Below, piece by piece: positions 1 to 8,556 of a stretch of 34,460 nucleotides of DNA. The notes beneath the pieces were generated by a model. It made no database searches, had not been told where the DNA came from, and worked only from the letters and a program-made list of their open reading frames with translations. Within the stretch, counting starts at the first letter, position 1. Every line of letters begins with the position of its first letter. Source of the DNA: a virus (Duplodnaviria; Caudoviricetes); IMG/VR virus record IMGVR_UViG_3300020045_011725, positions 1-34,460 of that record; one strand, given 5' to 3'. Position numbers and translations under genes: made by a program.

Positions 1-40
1 AAGTCCCCTGATTTACTCCCAACCGATAACATCGATGTTT

Positions 41-1240
41 CTATTGATAGGGGCCTAATATTTTCCATATCAAAATAATCATCAGCATCAAATACCATTG
101 AACGCAATTCTTCACTGGTTCAGGCTTTGGTTTTGTTTTAGATACAGATTTACTCTCTGTTTTCTTTTCACGAGGGATTTCAATATCCATTTCTTTCGCA
201 ATTGCTTTACGTAATGCCATAATATCATCATCGTAATCATCTGCATCAATACCTAAAGAATACCCTTTGATTAGTTTTTCTAATCTGGATTGCGTCATGT
301 CCAATAAACCATCCCAGTCAAAACCACTATCAGGTAATGTTTTTTCTACATGTTTTTCACTGCTTCTTTTTTCCGGTTCTGCTGTTTTTTTGGTTCTGGT
401 TGTTTTTTCGTCCTCATCATCCCCCTCGTCTTCAACTTGTTTTGTTGTTTTTTTATTAGTTGATTTTGTATGCGGTGTGGAATCTGTATCTTCATCCGCA
501 TCTGGTTCGTCTACATCAAAGAACTTAGCCGCCAATTCATCGTAAGATAAAACACGCAAAACTTCATCCAAATTAGGAACTTTTTCCAAAATATCTTCAT
601 CATACCCTTGTTCACGTTCTACTGGGTCAATGCGGCTGGCATCTTCAAATTTATTTTTTCCCAACGTTTTTGTTTCAAAACGAATTTTTAATGAAACGCC
701 TTCTTCAAGGTCTGGAAACACTGCTAAATCTGGATTTTCCTCAATTTCTTCATTTAAAAGATTTTGAAACAAATACTGACTCATATCCCAAATATGTGGG
801 ACTTCTTCAAACTTTTTATGTCCAATAGGTACGACAATGTAAAGATTACGAAGCCCAGCACGCAATGCTTTCAACTCCTCTTGGTCAGCCCCTTCTTTAA
901 ACCGTTTTTGACCATATTCACAAATAGGACATTTTTTACCAAAAGAAGTAGGGCAAACCACGGTATCATTGTCAGCCCCTACATTACGGTGTACTTTAAA
1001 AGGGCGTTTATACCATAGTGTGTCCGGTACTGCTATTTCATGGTCGGCATCTCTGTCCGGGTGTTTTGGGTCTGTTACCAAATAAGGCAGAAAGTCTAAT
1101 ACAACCTTATCCCCAGCAGAAACAGAAAATACATGAACATCGCTGGGGAGTTTTAAATAGCCGTATGATTTCGCTTCTGACTTTTGTTTTTGTGTGTTCC
1201 CGGTTACTTTATCCCGAAAACTACTTTTTGGTTTTTTCAT
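41..1240 (-). CDS. Phage single-stranded DNA-binding protein (gp32-like) with long acidic/Lys-rich tail; last ~25 aa probably artefactual
   Basis: CPTSFGKKCPIC Zn-type motif, OB-fold-like N-half, acidic C-half, position at end of replisome operon; abrupt hydrophobic C-terminus coincides with a suspected junction near nt 115-122. Confidence 0.7.
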   Translation of the reverse strand: MKKPKSSFRDKVTGNTQKQKSEAKSYGYLKLPSDVHVFSVSAGDKVVLDFLPYLVTDPKHPDRDADHEIAVPDTLWYKRPFKVHRNVGADNDTVVCPTSFGKKCPICEYGQKRFKEGADQEELKALRAGLRNLYIVVPIGHKKFEEVPHIWDMSQYLFQNLLNEEIEENPDLAVFPDLEEGVSLKIRFETKTLGKNKFEDASRIDPVEREQGYDEDILEKVPNLDEVLRVLSYDELAAKFFDVDEPDADEDTDSTPHTKSTNKKTTKQVEDEGDDEDEKTTRTKKTAEPEKRSSEKHVEKTLPDSGFDWDGLLDMTQSRLEKLIKGYSLGIDADDYDDDIMALRKAIAKEMDIEIPREKKTESKSVSKTKPKPEPVKNCVQWYLMLMIILIWKILGPYQ

Positions 1241-1397
1241 TGTTTTGTTCTTTTTTAAATTTGTAACTATTTTTATTTACTAATCGTTCAATTTCTACAA
1301 TAAGAAAATATAAAAACATTTTGATGATTAAATAGGCGATGAATACAAAAAACAACATTCCTAAACAACCATAACAAATAAATTTAAAAGTTTCCAT
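1221..1397 (-). CDS. Small membrane protein (58 aa, ATG at 1397)
   Basis: ATG follows the upstream stop at 1399-1401; one hydrophobic segment (LGMLFFVFIAYLIIKMFLYFLIV). Confidence 0.5.
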   Translation of the reverse strand: METFKFICYGCLGMLFFVFIAYLIIKMFLYFLIVEIERLVNKNSYKFKKEQNNEKTKK

Positions 1398-1398
1398 A

Positions 1399-1878
1399 TT
1401 ACTTTTTTCTTGATAAACCTGATGCCACTGCCGTATTAGCAGATTTTTGTTTTTGTTCACGAATCCAATCTAAATCGTGAGGTACTTTTGGGCCAGCAAA
1501 ATATTGTTGGCCGTGAAGTCTGACCAAATTTTCTAAGGCCGCCTTTCGTTGTTCAAAAGCATTCACCGCACTTTGGGCAATATCAACTTCAAATTTCGCT
1601 TCTAAATAGGTTGTGTACGCTTCCTTATAATCTGGATGGATTAAAATAGCATTGGTGACAACGGCATCGGTGGTTTTTTCCAAACCAAATTTAGTAGGAT
1701 TGGTACGTATTTCTTTATCCGCTTCAGCTTTTGCTACATCTAAATTTTGTTTAGCTTCATCCAATTCCTTACGCCTCCTGGCTAAGTTTTTAGAGTAAGT
1801 ATACATTAGCGAAGGTTGCTTTAACCATTCCACATCCAATGCCGATTCATCAATTTCAATGTCTTTTTCGTAATTCAT
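1399..1878 (-). CDS. Helical coiled-coil protein, UvsY-like recombination mediator (tentative)
   Basis: 159 aa, all-helical, lies between clamp loader and SSB; size and pattern resemble UvsY-type proteins. Confidence 0.5.
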   Translation of the reverse strand: MNYEKDIEIDESALDVEWLKQPSLMYTYSKNLARRRKELDEAKQNLDVAKAEADKEIRTNPTKFGLEKTTDAVVTNAILIHPDYKEAYTTYLEAKFEVDIAQSAVNAFEQRKAALENLVRLHGQQYFAGPKVPHDLDWIREQKQKSANTAVASGLSRKK

Positions 1879-1881
1879 TTT

Positions 1882-2793
1882 TTATGATTTAATTATGTTA
1901 TAACAACAATAAACTAATCCCGGGAAACCAATATTATATAATGGTTCCCAAAAAGATTCTATAACTAAGGCCGCCCGGTCATTTTCTGTTTTCAATAAAA
2001 CGCTTTGGGCATACCCCAATACATGTCGGCGAATACCTTCTGGCTCTTGGTCTTTTAACCCTTCCAAAATAGTTAATATTTCTTTCCAGCTACTTTTTTT
2101 CAATAAAGCCCGGCACAAATCAATACTATTTGAAGTTTCGGCGGCAACTTTTCTAGCAACTTCTAAACGTTTTTCAACCGGAGCATTTAAAACTTGCTCC
2201 AATATTTGTATAGCATTTCTTGGGTGTCCTAAAGAATCTTGAATTATTTGTTCATACACCTCTTTTTCTACCGATTGTCCTTCATTTCTAACAATACCCC
2301 GCAGCAGTCCTAAAAGTTGCGTTTCAGACAGCGTATTGACTTGAAACGACATACAACGCCCTACTATTGTTTTAATTAATTTATCCGGGTCGGTGGTGCA
2401 TAAAATAAAATAAACATGCTTTGGCGTATCTTCGAGGATTTTTAATAGTGCGTTTTGCGCATCATTTGTCATTTTGTGGCACTCATCAATTAACCAAATT
2501 CGACAAGGGCTTTGTATAGGCATGAAATTACTGTTTTTTCGTATTTCACGAACGGTATCAATGCCACGAAAGTCCGCTGAATCAACCTCTTTATAATCAT
2601 CCCCATTACAATTCAGTTTGTTTTTAACAATTCGTCCCAACGTAGTCTTTCCGCAGCCGGTTGGTCCATGGAATAGGAAAACATGTGGGCATTTTTCTGG
2701 ATTGGAAAGCATAGATTCCAGGGTTGCCACAATATTAGCATTGCCTTTTACTTGTTCTAAAGAATCGGGACGATATTTCAAATACAAACTCAT
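1882..2793 (-). CDS. Clamp loader AAA+ ATPase (DnaX gamma/tau-like)
   Basis: YLKYRP N-terminus, Walker A GPTGCGKTT, Walker B IDECH, AQNALLKILED, SRC-like GRC. Confidence 0.92.
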   Translation of the reverse strand: MSLYLKYRPDSLEQVKGNANIVATLESMLSNPEKCPHVFLFHGPTGCGKTTLGRIVKNKLNCNGDDYKEVDSADFRGIDTVREIRKNSNFMPIQSPCRIWLIDECHKMTNDAQNALLKILEDTPKHVYFILCTTDPDKLIKTIVGRCMSFQVNTLSETQLLGLLRGIVRNEGQSVEKEVYEQIIQDSLGHPRNAIQILEQVLNAPVEKRLEVARKVAAETSNSIDLCRALLKKSSWKEILTILEGLKDQEPEGIRRHVLGYAQSVLLKTENDRAALVIESFWEPLYNIGFPGLVYCCYNIIKS

Positions 2794-2795
2794 AT

Positions 2796-3014
2796 TTATT
2801 GTTTATTTATTATACAATTTTCTACTTTAATTTTTAAAAATAATTGAGAATGATTTAACCACCAAGCATACGTTCTCCTTAATCTCCCTTTTGGGTGAAA
2901 TCCAAATACAGTATAATGTAATCTTTCAATAAATTTTAATACCCTATGGTCTGGTATTATTAAATCTAAATTAAATTGATTTGATTCTACAATTAATCTT
3001 TTTGGATTTTTCAT
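2796..3014 (-). CDS. Hypothetical protein (72 aa)
   Basis: ATG at 3014 overlaps the polymerase stop (ATGA) and fills the gap to the clamp loader. Confidence 0.55.
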   Translation of the reverse strand: MKNPKRLIVESNQFNLDLIIPDHRVLKFIERLHYTVFGFHPKGRLRRTYAWWLNHSQLFLKIKVENCIINKQ

Positions 3015-4423
3015 AATTTTATTTTTTCTTTTTGAGTCCAATTACCATCAACGGGACATAATTCTGCATCAACTTCCAAAGGAACATTAATCCATTTCCA
3101 ATTTTCTGATAAATCATAACAAGTAACTTGTTTAGTTATCTTCTTAATGTATTCTAATTCATCAGGATGCACATCTAACCAAATGCTATCATGTATTTGG
3201 TTAATCAAACGGGTTTTTAAATTTTCCCTAATGATTATATCATCTAAGGCTATAAAACACCATAATAAACAATGAAACGCTGCCCCTTGTACCGGGTAAT
3301 TGATTACGTCATTTTTACTCATAATCCCCCTACAACGGAATCCAGTTTTCATATCAATATACCCATTCTTTTTGTAGGTATTGTACCAATTTTCCTTCCA
3401 TTGGGCATATACTTTAAAACGATTGCCCCAAAAATCGTTTTCTACTTGTTTTATATGCTCTGTAAAAGCGTCAATTGATTTAATCCCTTTAGAAATCAAA
3501 TGGTCTGATAAATGAAAATCATTAAATTTTGGTTCCCATCCTACCATATCCAATCCCTGACCTGGTTTCCATTTTCCATTGGGTAATTTTCCCCATTCAC
3601 AGGCTAAACTGATAGCACAATTTTTATAGTAATCACCATAAAATTCAGGAAAAACAAAACCGTTTTTGGCCGCTTGTCTAAACGTGTAATGTACTGGTAT
3701 ACTTTTATCAAAGCAGTCTATTAAAAATATCTGCTTTGCCATATCCCCATGCATATCTGTAGTTGGGTCATATAGATATTTTAACATCACGGGGTCTTTA
3801 TGATAACAAGCCGCAATGCGAACTTCCATACCACTGAAGTCAATTTCCATAAGTTGGTGACCCGGTCTTGGGTATAGTGCTTTTCGACATATTTTGTTTG
3901 CTTCTTCATCCCTTTTAGGTATGTTTTGAAAATTAGGATGGTCAGAACTACTGCGGAAAGTTCGAACCAGATGAAGATTAAAAAAAGGATGAATATACCC
4001 ATTCACTTGTTCCCGATAAAAAGATTCCAAATAGGTATCTTTTATTTTTTTAATTTTTTTAATCTGAATCAAAATATCTAATTCTGGGATATTTAATTCA
4101 CGTAAAGCATCTTCATCTGTTGAAAATTTACCAGTTACCGTAGTTTTATCTGTTTTTAATTTTTTTATAGTAAACAAAAAATGAGATAATTGTACCGGGG
4201 AATAAATATTCACAGTACTTTTTGAAGCATGTTGCCAGTGGCGATAAAAAGAAGATGAATAAAATTGATTTTCTAATCTTTCAATTTTTTTAGTTAAATG
4301 TGCTTTTTTTGTTTCTAAATAATTAACATCCACACGGATGCCTTGCATTTCTGCTCGTGATAAAGCTAAAGCCCCATTATGAAACAATTCATAAGCATTT
4401 TTTGTTTTAGGATTTATTGTCAT
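3011..4423 (-). CDS. polA: Family A DNA polymerase, polymerase domain only
   Basis: FRSSSDHPNFQNIP, motif A DFSGMEVR, motif B RQAAKNGFVFPEFYG, NYPVQG, motif C QIHDS; no exonuclease domain in this ORF. Confidence 0.93.
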   Translation of the reverse strand: MTINPKTKNAYELFHNGALALSRAEMQGIRVDVNYLETKKAHLTKKIERLENQFYSSSFYRHWQHASKSTVNIYSPVQLSHFLFTIKKLKTDKTTVTGKFSTDEDALRELNIPELDILIQIKKIKKIKDTYLESFYREQVNGYIHPFFNLHLVRTFRSSSDHPNFQNIPKRDEEANKICRKALYPRPGHQLMEIDFSGMEVRIAACYHKDPVMLKYLYDPTTDMHGDMAKQIFLIDCFDKSIPVHYTFRQAAKNGFVFPEFYGDYYKNCAISLACEWGKLPNGKWKPGQGLDMVGWEPKFNDFHLSDHLISKGIKSIDAFTEHIKQVENDFWGNRFKVYAQWKENWYNTYKKNGYIDMKTGFRCRGIMSKNDVINYPVQGAAFHCLLWCFIALDDIIIRENLKTRLINQIHDSIWLDVHPDELEYIKKITKQVTCYDLSENWKWINVPLEVDAELCPVDGNWTQKEKIKL

Positions 4424-4425
4424 AC

Positions 4426-4698
4426 TTATTTGTTTAAAACTTGGATTTTTCTTTCTTTAGCTTTCACAGTAAGTAACATTTTGAAAACAATTTGATTTCT
4501 CCCGTCTATTTCAAGGCATTTATCCCCAATAAGTGAATCGGCATCTTGGTAAGCTACGACATAACCAGAATCAAAAGCATTTTTAATGGCTATTTTTTGT
4601 TTTTCTTTTTGATTGTTTATAAATCCAGTTACAACCAAAGTTATAACCAAACAAATCAATAAAAAAATAATTAAATAATTATTTACCCAATGTCTCAT
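4426..4698 (-). CDS. Small protein with N-terminal membrane anchor
   Basis: Hydrophobic LIIFLLICLVITLVVTGFI; tightly packed between the exonuclease and polymerase genes. Confidence 0.65.
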   Translation of the reverse strand: MRHWVNNYLIIFLLICLVITLVVTGFINNQKEKQKIAIKNAFDSGYVVAYQDADSLIGDKCLEIDGRNQIVFKMLLTVKAKERKIQVLNK

Positions 4699-4709
4699 AA
4701 TTTCAAAAT

Positions 4710-5918
4710 TTAAAAGTTTAGTAATTTCATTTGTTTTATTGCTAATCTGTATTCAAATACAGAATCTAAAGCGCAATATCTAAGTAGTTTTTCTTTACCC
4801 CCCTGTGATTTTTGAACTAATTCCAATACTTTGTTAATCGAATTAGCATTTTTATTGTCTGCAGATAAATATGGAGAAATCTCACTGGCATAATCAACAA
4901 CCCCAAAATTAACATATGTTTGAAATTTAAGTCCAGTAATACCTTGGCGATTATCTAATATATGAGCGGCTTGCATCGTGTCAAAAGCCCAATTATTTAC
5001 TTCAATGCCTAATTTTGTTTTAGTCCAATTATACTCATATTTCATATTATGGGCTATTTTTCCAATATTATGATTTTCTAATAAATCAGTAAACGGTTTT
5101 AATTTTCTTTTAGAATCAGGTAACATAAAAGTATATACTTTATTGGGTTCATAACAAACCGAAGCACAAACAATTTTATGTTTTTCATCTTGAGGTTTCA
5201 AGCCAGTAGTTTCATAATCAAAAGCGACTAAATCACTTTTAATAGTACGTAAAACCTGTAAATCTTCTATTATTTCAATAATAGGTTCTTTATTCGTTTT
5301 AAATTCTGGTAAATTAAAAACCTGTTCCAAATCATCCTCAAAAATAATAACATCCAATCCATTTTCAGAACTTTCGATTTGTTTAGGGTGGAATACTGGA
5401 CAAATCCAAGTTTTTAAATCTTGGTCGGGTATGGTAAAACCACGCCATTTTTGAATATTACCAAAATCATTTTTCCAACGATTCCCAATTAAACTAAATA
5501 AAGCTAATTCACCAAAAACTAATACCAATTTAGGTTTATATTGATTTATTATTTGAAGTGTTCTTTTTCGACAGTTCGAAACCTCATCCATACTTGGTTC
5601 CCGGTCTTCATTATTTTTATCAATACAACGGCAATGACAAGCATTTATATGTAAGCAATCTTCATATAAATCAATACCAAACTTATTAAATGATTTTTTT
5701 AAAATTCGTCCCGTATTACCAGACCATAATTTATTTTGAAAATCATCATTTTCCGTGGGGGCTAAACCAATAGTGAGTATTTGTTTTTTAAATAGCCCCC
5801 ACGGTTCCATTCTTGGATTTTTGGAATTTTTATATAAACCACAAGAGATACAGGAACGCACTTTGCCGTCTGGGTTAGAAGTGGATTGTGTTTGTTTATA
5901 TGTAAAAAAACCTTGCAT
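4710..5918 (-). CDS. Family-4 uracil-DNA-glycosylase-like domain fused to DnaQ-like 3'-5' exonuclease (N-terminal half of a split PolA)
   Basis: CISC..C..C Fe-S-type cysteines, GLAP (canonical GEAP), VFHP motif B; ExoI FDYETTG, ExoII HNMKYE, ExoIII YCALDS. Confidence 0.85.
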   Translation of the reverse strand: MQGFFTYKQTQSTSNPDGKVRSCISCGLYKNSKNPRMEPWGLFKKQILTIGLAPTENDDFQNKLWSGNTGRILKKSFNKFGIDLYEDCLHINACHCRCIDKNNEDREPSMDEVSNCRKRTLQIINQYKPKLVLVFGELALFSLIGNRWKNDFGNIQKWRGFTIPDQDLKTWICPVFHPKQIESSENGLDVIIFEDDLEQVFNLPEFKTNKEPIIEIIEDLQVLRTIKSDLVAFDYETTGLKPQDEKHKIVCASVCYEPNKVYTFMLPDSKRKLKPFTDLLENHNIGKIAHNMKYEYNWTKTKLGIEVNNWAFDTMQAAHILDNRQGITGLKFQTYVNFGVVDYASEISPYLSADNKNANSINKVLELVQKSQGGKEKLLRYCALDSVFEYRLAIKQMKLLNF

Positions 5919-5920
5919 AG

Positions 5921-6910
5921 TTATGCTTTTTGTAAAGCAGCAACATATTGCCAGTTATCTGCTGAAAACTTAATCAAATTCCCATTATGAATCCCAATAT
6001 GAGTTTCATTCAAAACATTTTTTAAAAGATTAGGATTAACTAATATTTTTATTGGTTCTTTAGCGTCATATTTTACTTTAGCCGTTTCTTTATACCATCC
6101 GGCATCGGACGTTCCTTTAATCTTAATTAAATTATTTTCAATAAGCAATTCAACAGAATCCGTATTAAAAACGGAAGCCCTGTCAAGAATATCGTTGATA
6201 GTTTTTGGAAATTCTAAAGAAACCCCTTCAACTTTTAAAAAATTGGCGGTATCTGGAAATTTATCTTCAAAAATACGGCATGAAAGAATCGTATTTTCTT
6301 CATTTTTAAAATGAACCCAACCATTACCCTCTGTTATTTTCGTAGGTTTCGTTTTAAGTAATACTTGGGCCGATGAGGCGGGCAATAAAAAAGTGCCAAT
6401 TGGAAATTTATCGCAAACATTACACCGTGTAATCCTAAAACTGTCTGAACTTTCCACAAATCCATTTTCATTGATATGAATACATGTAAGTATTGGTTGA
6501 CTGCTATCTTTGGACACGGACTGTACGGTTTTGCTTACGGCTTCAATAAAACCAACAGGTAACGTTTTCCATTTTCCAAGTTTTCCAATTTCCTCCAATG
6601 GTAATTTGATTTCTTGGTGTAACGTCATGCCTGCTTTAGATTTTCCGCACGCAATTAAAATTTCAGATTCGGTAACTTCAATTTCAAAATCATCTACTTT
6701 TAACTTTGTTAAAAGTTTATGAAGCTCTTGGGCCTGAACGGCGCCAGTAACATTTAACCCTTCCACTGGATGGGAAATGCTTATTTCATCGTTATAAGTA
6801 ACAACCCGGTCATTGATAAAAGCAAATGAGGTACTTTGTTCAATTATTTCTTTATTTGCCAATCCCGGCTTAACTACCTCTAAAGCGTGCAATAATTCTT
6901 GTTTTTTCAT
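5921..6910 (-). CDS. Sliding clamp, DnaN beta-like
   Basis: 329 aa three-domain size; QPILTCIHI...SSDSFRI matches the DnaN RPxLxG...ATDGxRL pattern; FPD linker; clamp loader nearby. Confidence 0.8.
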   Translation of the reverse strand: MKKQELLHALEVVKPGLANKEIIEQSTSFAFINDRVVTYNDEISISHPVEGLNVTGAVQAQELHKLLTKLKVDDFEIEVTESEILIACGKSKAGMTLHQEIKLPLEEIGKLGKWKTLPVGFIEAVSKTVQSVSKDSSQPILTCIHINENGFVESSDSFRITRCNVCDKFPIGTFLLPASSAQVLLKTKPTKITEGNGWVHFKNEENTILSCRIFEDKFPDTANFLKVEGVSLEFPKTINDILDRASVFNTDSVELLIENNLIKIKGTSDAGWYKETAKVKYDAKEPIKILVNPNLLKNVLNETHIGIHNGNLIKFSADNWQYVAALQKA

Positions 6911-6921
6911 ATGTTTTTTAT

Positions 6922-7692
6922 TTATAAATAACTGTAAACTTTTCTTTTTCTAATGGGGTTTAATTTATCTTTGAAGCGTTCTAATCCTGAATTACCAACA
7001 GAACCCCCATCATTAACTAATTTACCACTATTAATGATATCATTCGAAGTATAAAATAACCATCTGGAAAATTCGTCCACAAATGGCTCTTTTTTATCGA
7101 CAATACATAATCTGTAGTTTATATACTTCCAATTGGTATCCCAAACATTTACGGCCTTCAAATGTTCGTTTTCATCATATAAAGCCCGTTTACATAATCC
7201 AGGAAAATCATTTAGTAAAATATTGGTTATTATTTCAGCATCTTCGGCATCATTTTTGTGTTCAAACCAGTTGGATAATAAAACAGAACATTGTTTTATA
7301 TCAATCCAATCACAATATACCCAATTAGCATGATTTTTAGAAAATTTTCTAATATTTTTCCTGAAAACTTCCCATTGACCCCCTTTTAATTCTAAGAAAT
7401 GGGAAGGGTTATAGACATACTCCCAATCTAAAAAAGAAATAGTAGAATAAGATGGGTATATCTTACAAAAATCAGACCAAATTGGTTTGTTTGATTTTTC
7501 TTGTCTATTATCGCAAACATAAATTGGGGGGAATAATAACCAACCATCGGCATCAACATAAGCCCAGTCATTTTCAAAATAACATTGAGCCCCAGAAGCT
7601 AATAAATAAGATTCACTGCAATAAAAATTTGGTTCAATCTTCTTTTTCTTCAGAAATTCCAAATAAATTGATGGAGGTATTATTTTTTTCAT
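6922..7692 (-). CDS. DUF2156/MprF-C-terminal-like GNAT-fold (aminoacyl/acyl) transferase
   Basis: EYVYNPSHFLELKGGQWEVFRKNIRKF and VNDGGSVGNSGLERFKDKLNP match the two conserved blocks I recall for this family. Confidence 0.65.
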   Translation of the reverse strand: MKKIIPPSIYLEFLKKKKIEPNFYCSESYLLASGAQCYFENDWAYVDADGWLLFPPIYVCDNRQEKSNKPIWSDFCKIYPSYSTISFLDWEYVYNPSHFLELKGGQWEVFRKNIRKFSKNHANWVYCDWIDIKQCSVLLSNWFEHKNDAEDAEIITNILLNDFPGLCKRALYDENEHLKAVNVWDTNWKYINYRLCIVDKKEPFVDEFSRWLFYTSNDIINSGKLVNDGGSVGNSGLERFKDKLNPIRKRKVYSYL

Positions 7693-7795
7693 TTATTTTA
7701 GGTTTTCCACAACAGTTTTTTTCATAACTACCATTTTTTAAAGATTGGATGAGTTTTTGAGAAACACCCCCTGTTTTTCTTGATTTTCCTCCCAT
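7634..7795 (-). CDS. Unannotated 53-aa peptide MGGKSRKTGGVSQKLIQSLKNGSYEKNCCGKPKINEKNNTSINLFGISEEKED
   Basis: ATG 2 nt after the stop of the upstream gene; fills the only gap in the cluster; below ORF-track cutoff; overlaps the start of the next gene by 59 nt. Confidence 0.5.
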   Translation of the reverse strand: MGGKSRKTGGVSQKLIQSLKNGSYEKNCCGKPKINEKNNTSINLFGISEEKED

Positions 7796-7797
7796 AA

Positions 7798-8556
7798 TTA
7801 TTTTCTCCTTGTTATTGGTTTACTTTCCCGGGCTTCTTTTATTTGTATGATTTCATCATATAAACAACACGCAATAATGCCTGTGAAATTACGCTTGTTC
7901 ATATCTGCGCTTTTTACCAATATGAAATCTTCTTTTCCTTTTTTCGGAAATGAAAATTTAAGGTTGTCTTGAAAATTGAATAAGGCTTTAAAATCATCTG
8001 TTTTTATAGCGATAGGCCCAAAATCGTTCGCTAATTTTTCAGAAAACATTCCCGTTTCGTTTTTTTCAATTTCAACAACACCCCCTGAGTATATGTTTCT
8101 TTGAATCATTTTTAAAGTACCCCCGGCACTTCCAATAAACTCAATATGACTTAAATCATTATCTATTAATTCCAAAATATCACGAGGCAAAAGAACAGTG
8201 GGACGTTCCTCCAAATCTTCCATATAGGATTGGTATAATTCTTTAACCTCTGCCGGTGACAATTCGGTAGTGCCACATATTTTTTTCCTTTGAAAATCCC
8301 CTTTTTTAGAATAAAAAACAATTTTATTATCTTTTATATCAAATTCATTACTGTCGTAATCGTTTGCTTTAAAAGATATGGGTGTTTCGAAGCGTCCTTC
8401 TGATTGTCGCAATCTAAAAGACAATAACACCGTATGGTCATAATTCATAATAAATATTTCACTATCTTGGGCATAAATAGTATTTTTTAAACCACCATTT
8501 TGGTCTAATGCCACGGCTTGAGCGAAAATAGCCTCAACTAAATTGTTTATTTTCAT
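7798..8556 (-). CDS. Putative second sliding clamp (PCNA/gp45-like two-domain fold)
   Basis: 252 aa; IFIMNYDHTVLLSFRL resembles the PCNA AMDxSHVxLVxLxL strand pair; C-terminal FTGIIA strand; fold is inferred only. Confidence 0.45.
   Translation of the reverse strand: MKINNLVEAIFAQAVALDQNGGLKNTIYAQDSEIFIMNYDHTVLLSFRLRQSEGRFETPISFKANDYDSNEFDIKDNKIVFYSKKGDFQRKKICGTTELSPAEVKELYQSYMEDLEERPTVLLPRDILELIDNDLSHIEFIGSAGGTLKMIQRNIYSGGVVEIEKNETGMFSEKLANDFGPIAIKTDDFKALFNFQDNLKFSFPKKGKEDFILVKSADMNKRNFTGIIACCLYDEIIQIKEARESKPITRRK

Noticed and set aside
4426-4698. Intron or intein splitting the polymerase
   Set aside because: The intervening ORF is a small membrane protein with no homing-endonuclease or splicing motifs; both flanking genes have their own start and stop.
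7766-7795. Histone H3 tail mimicry (SRKTGG versus ARKSTGG)
   Set aside because: Too short and low in complexity, and the host appears bacterial.
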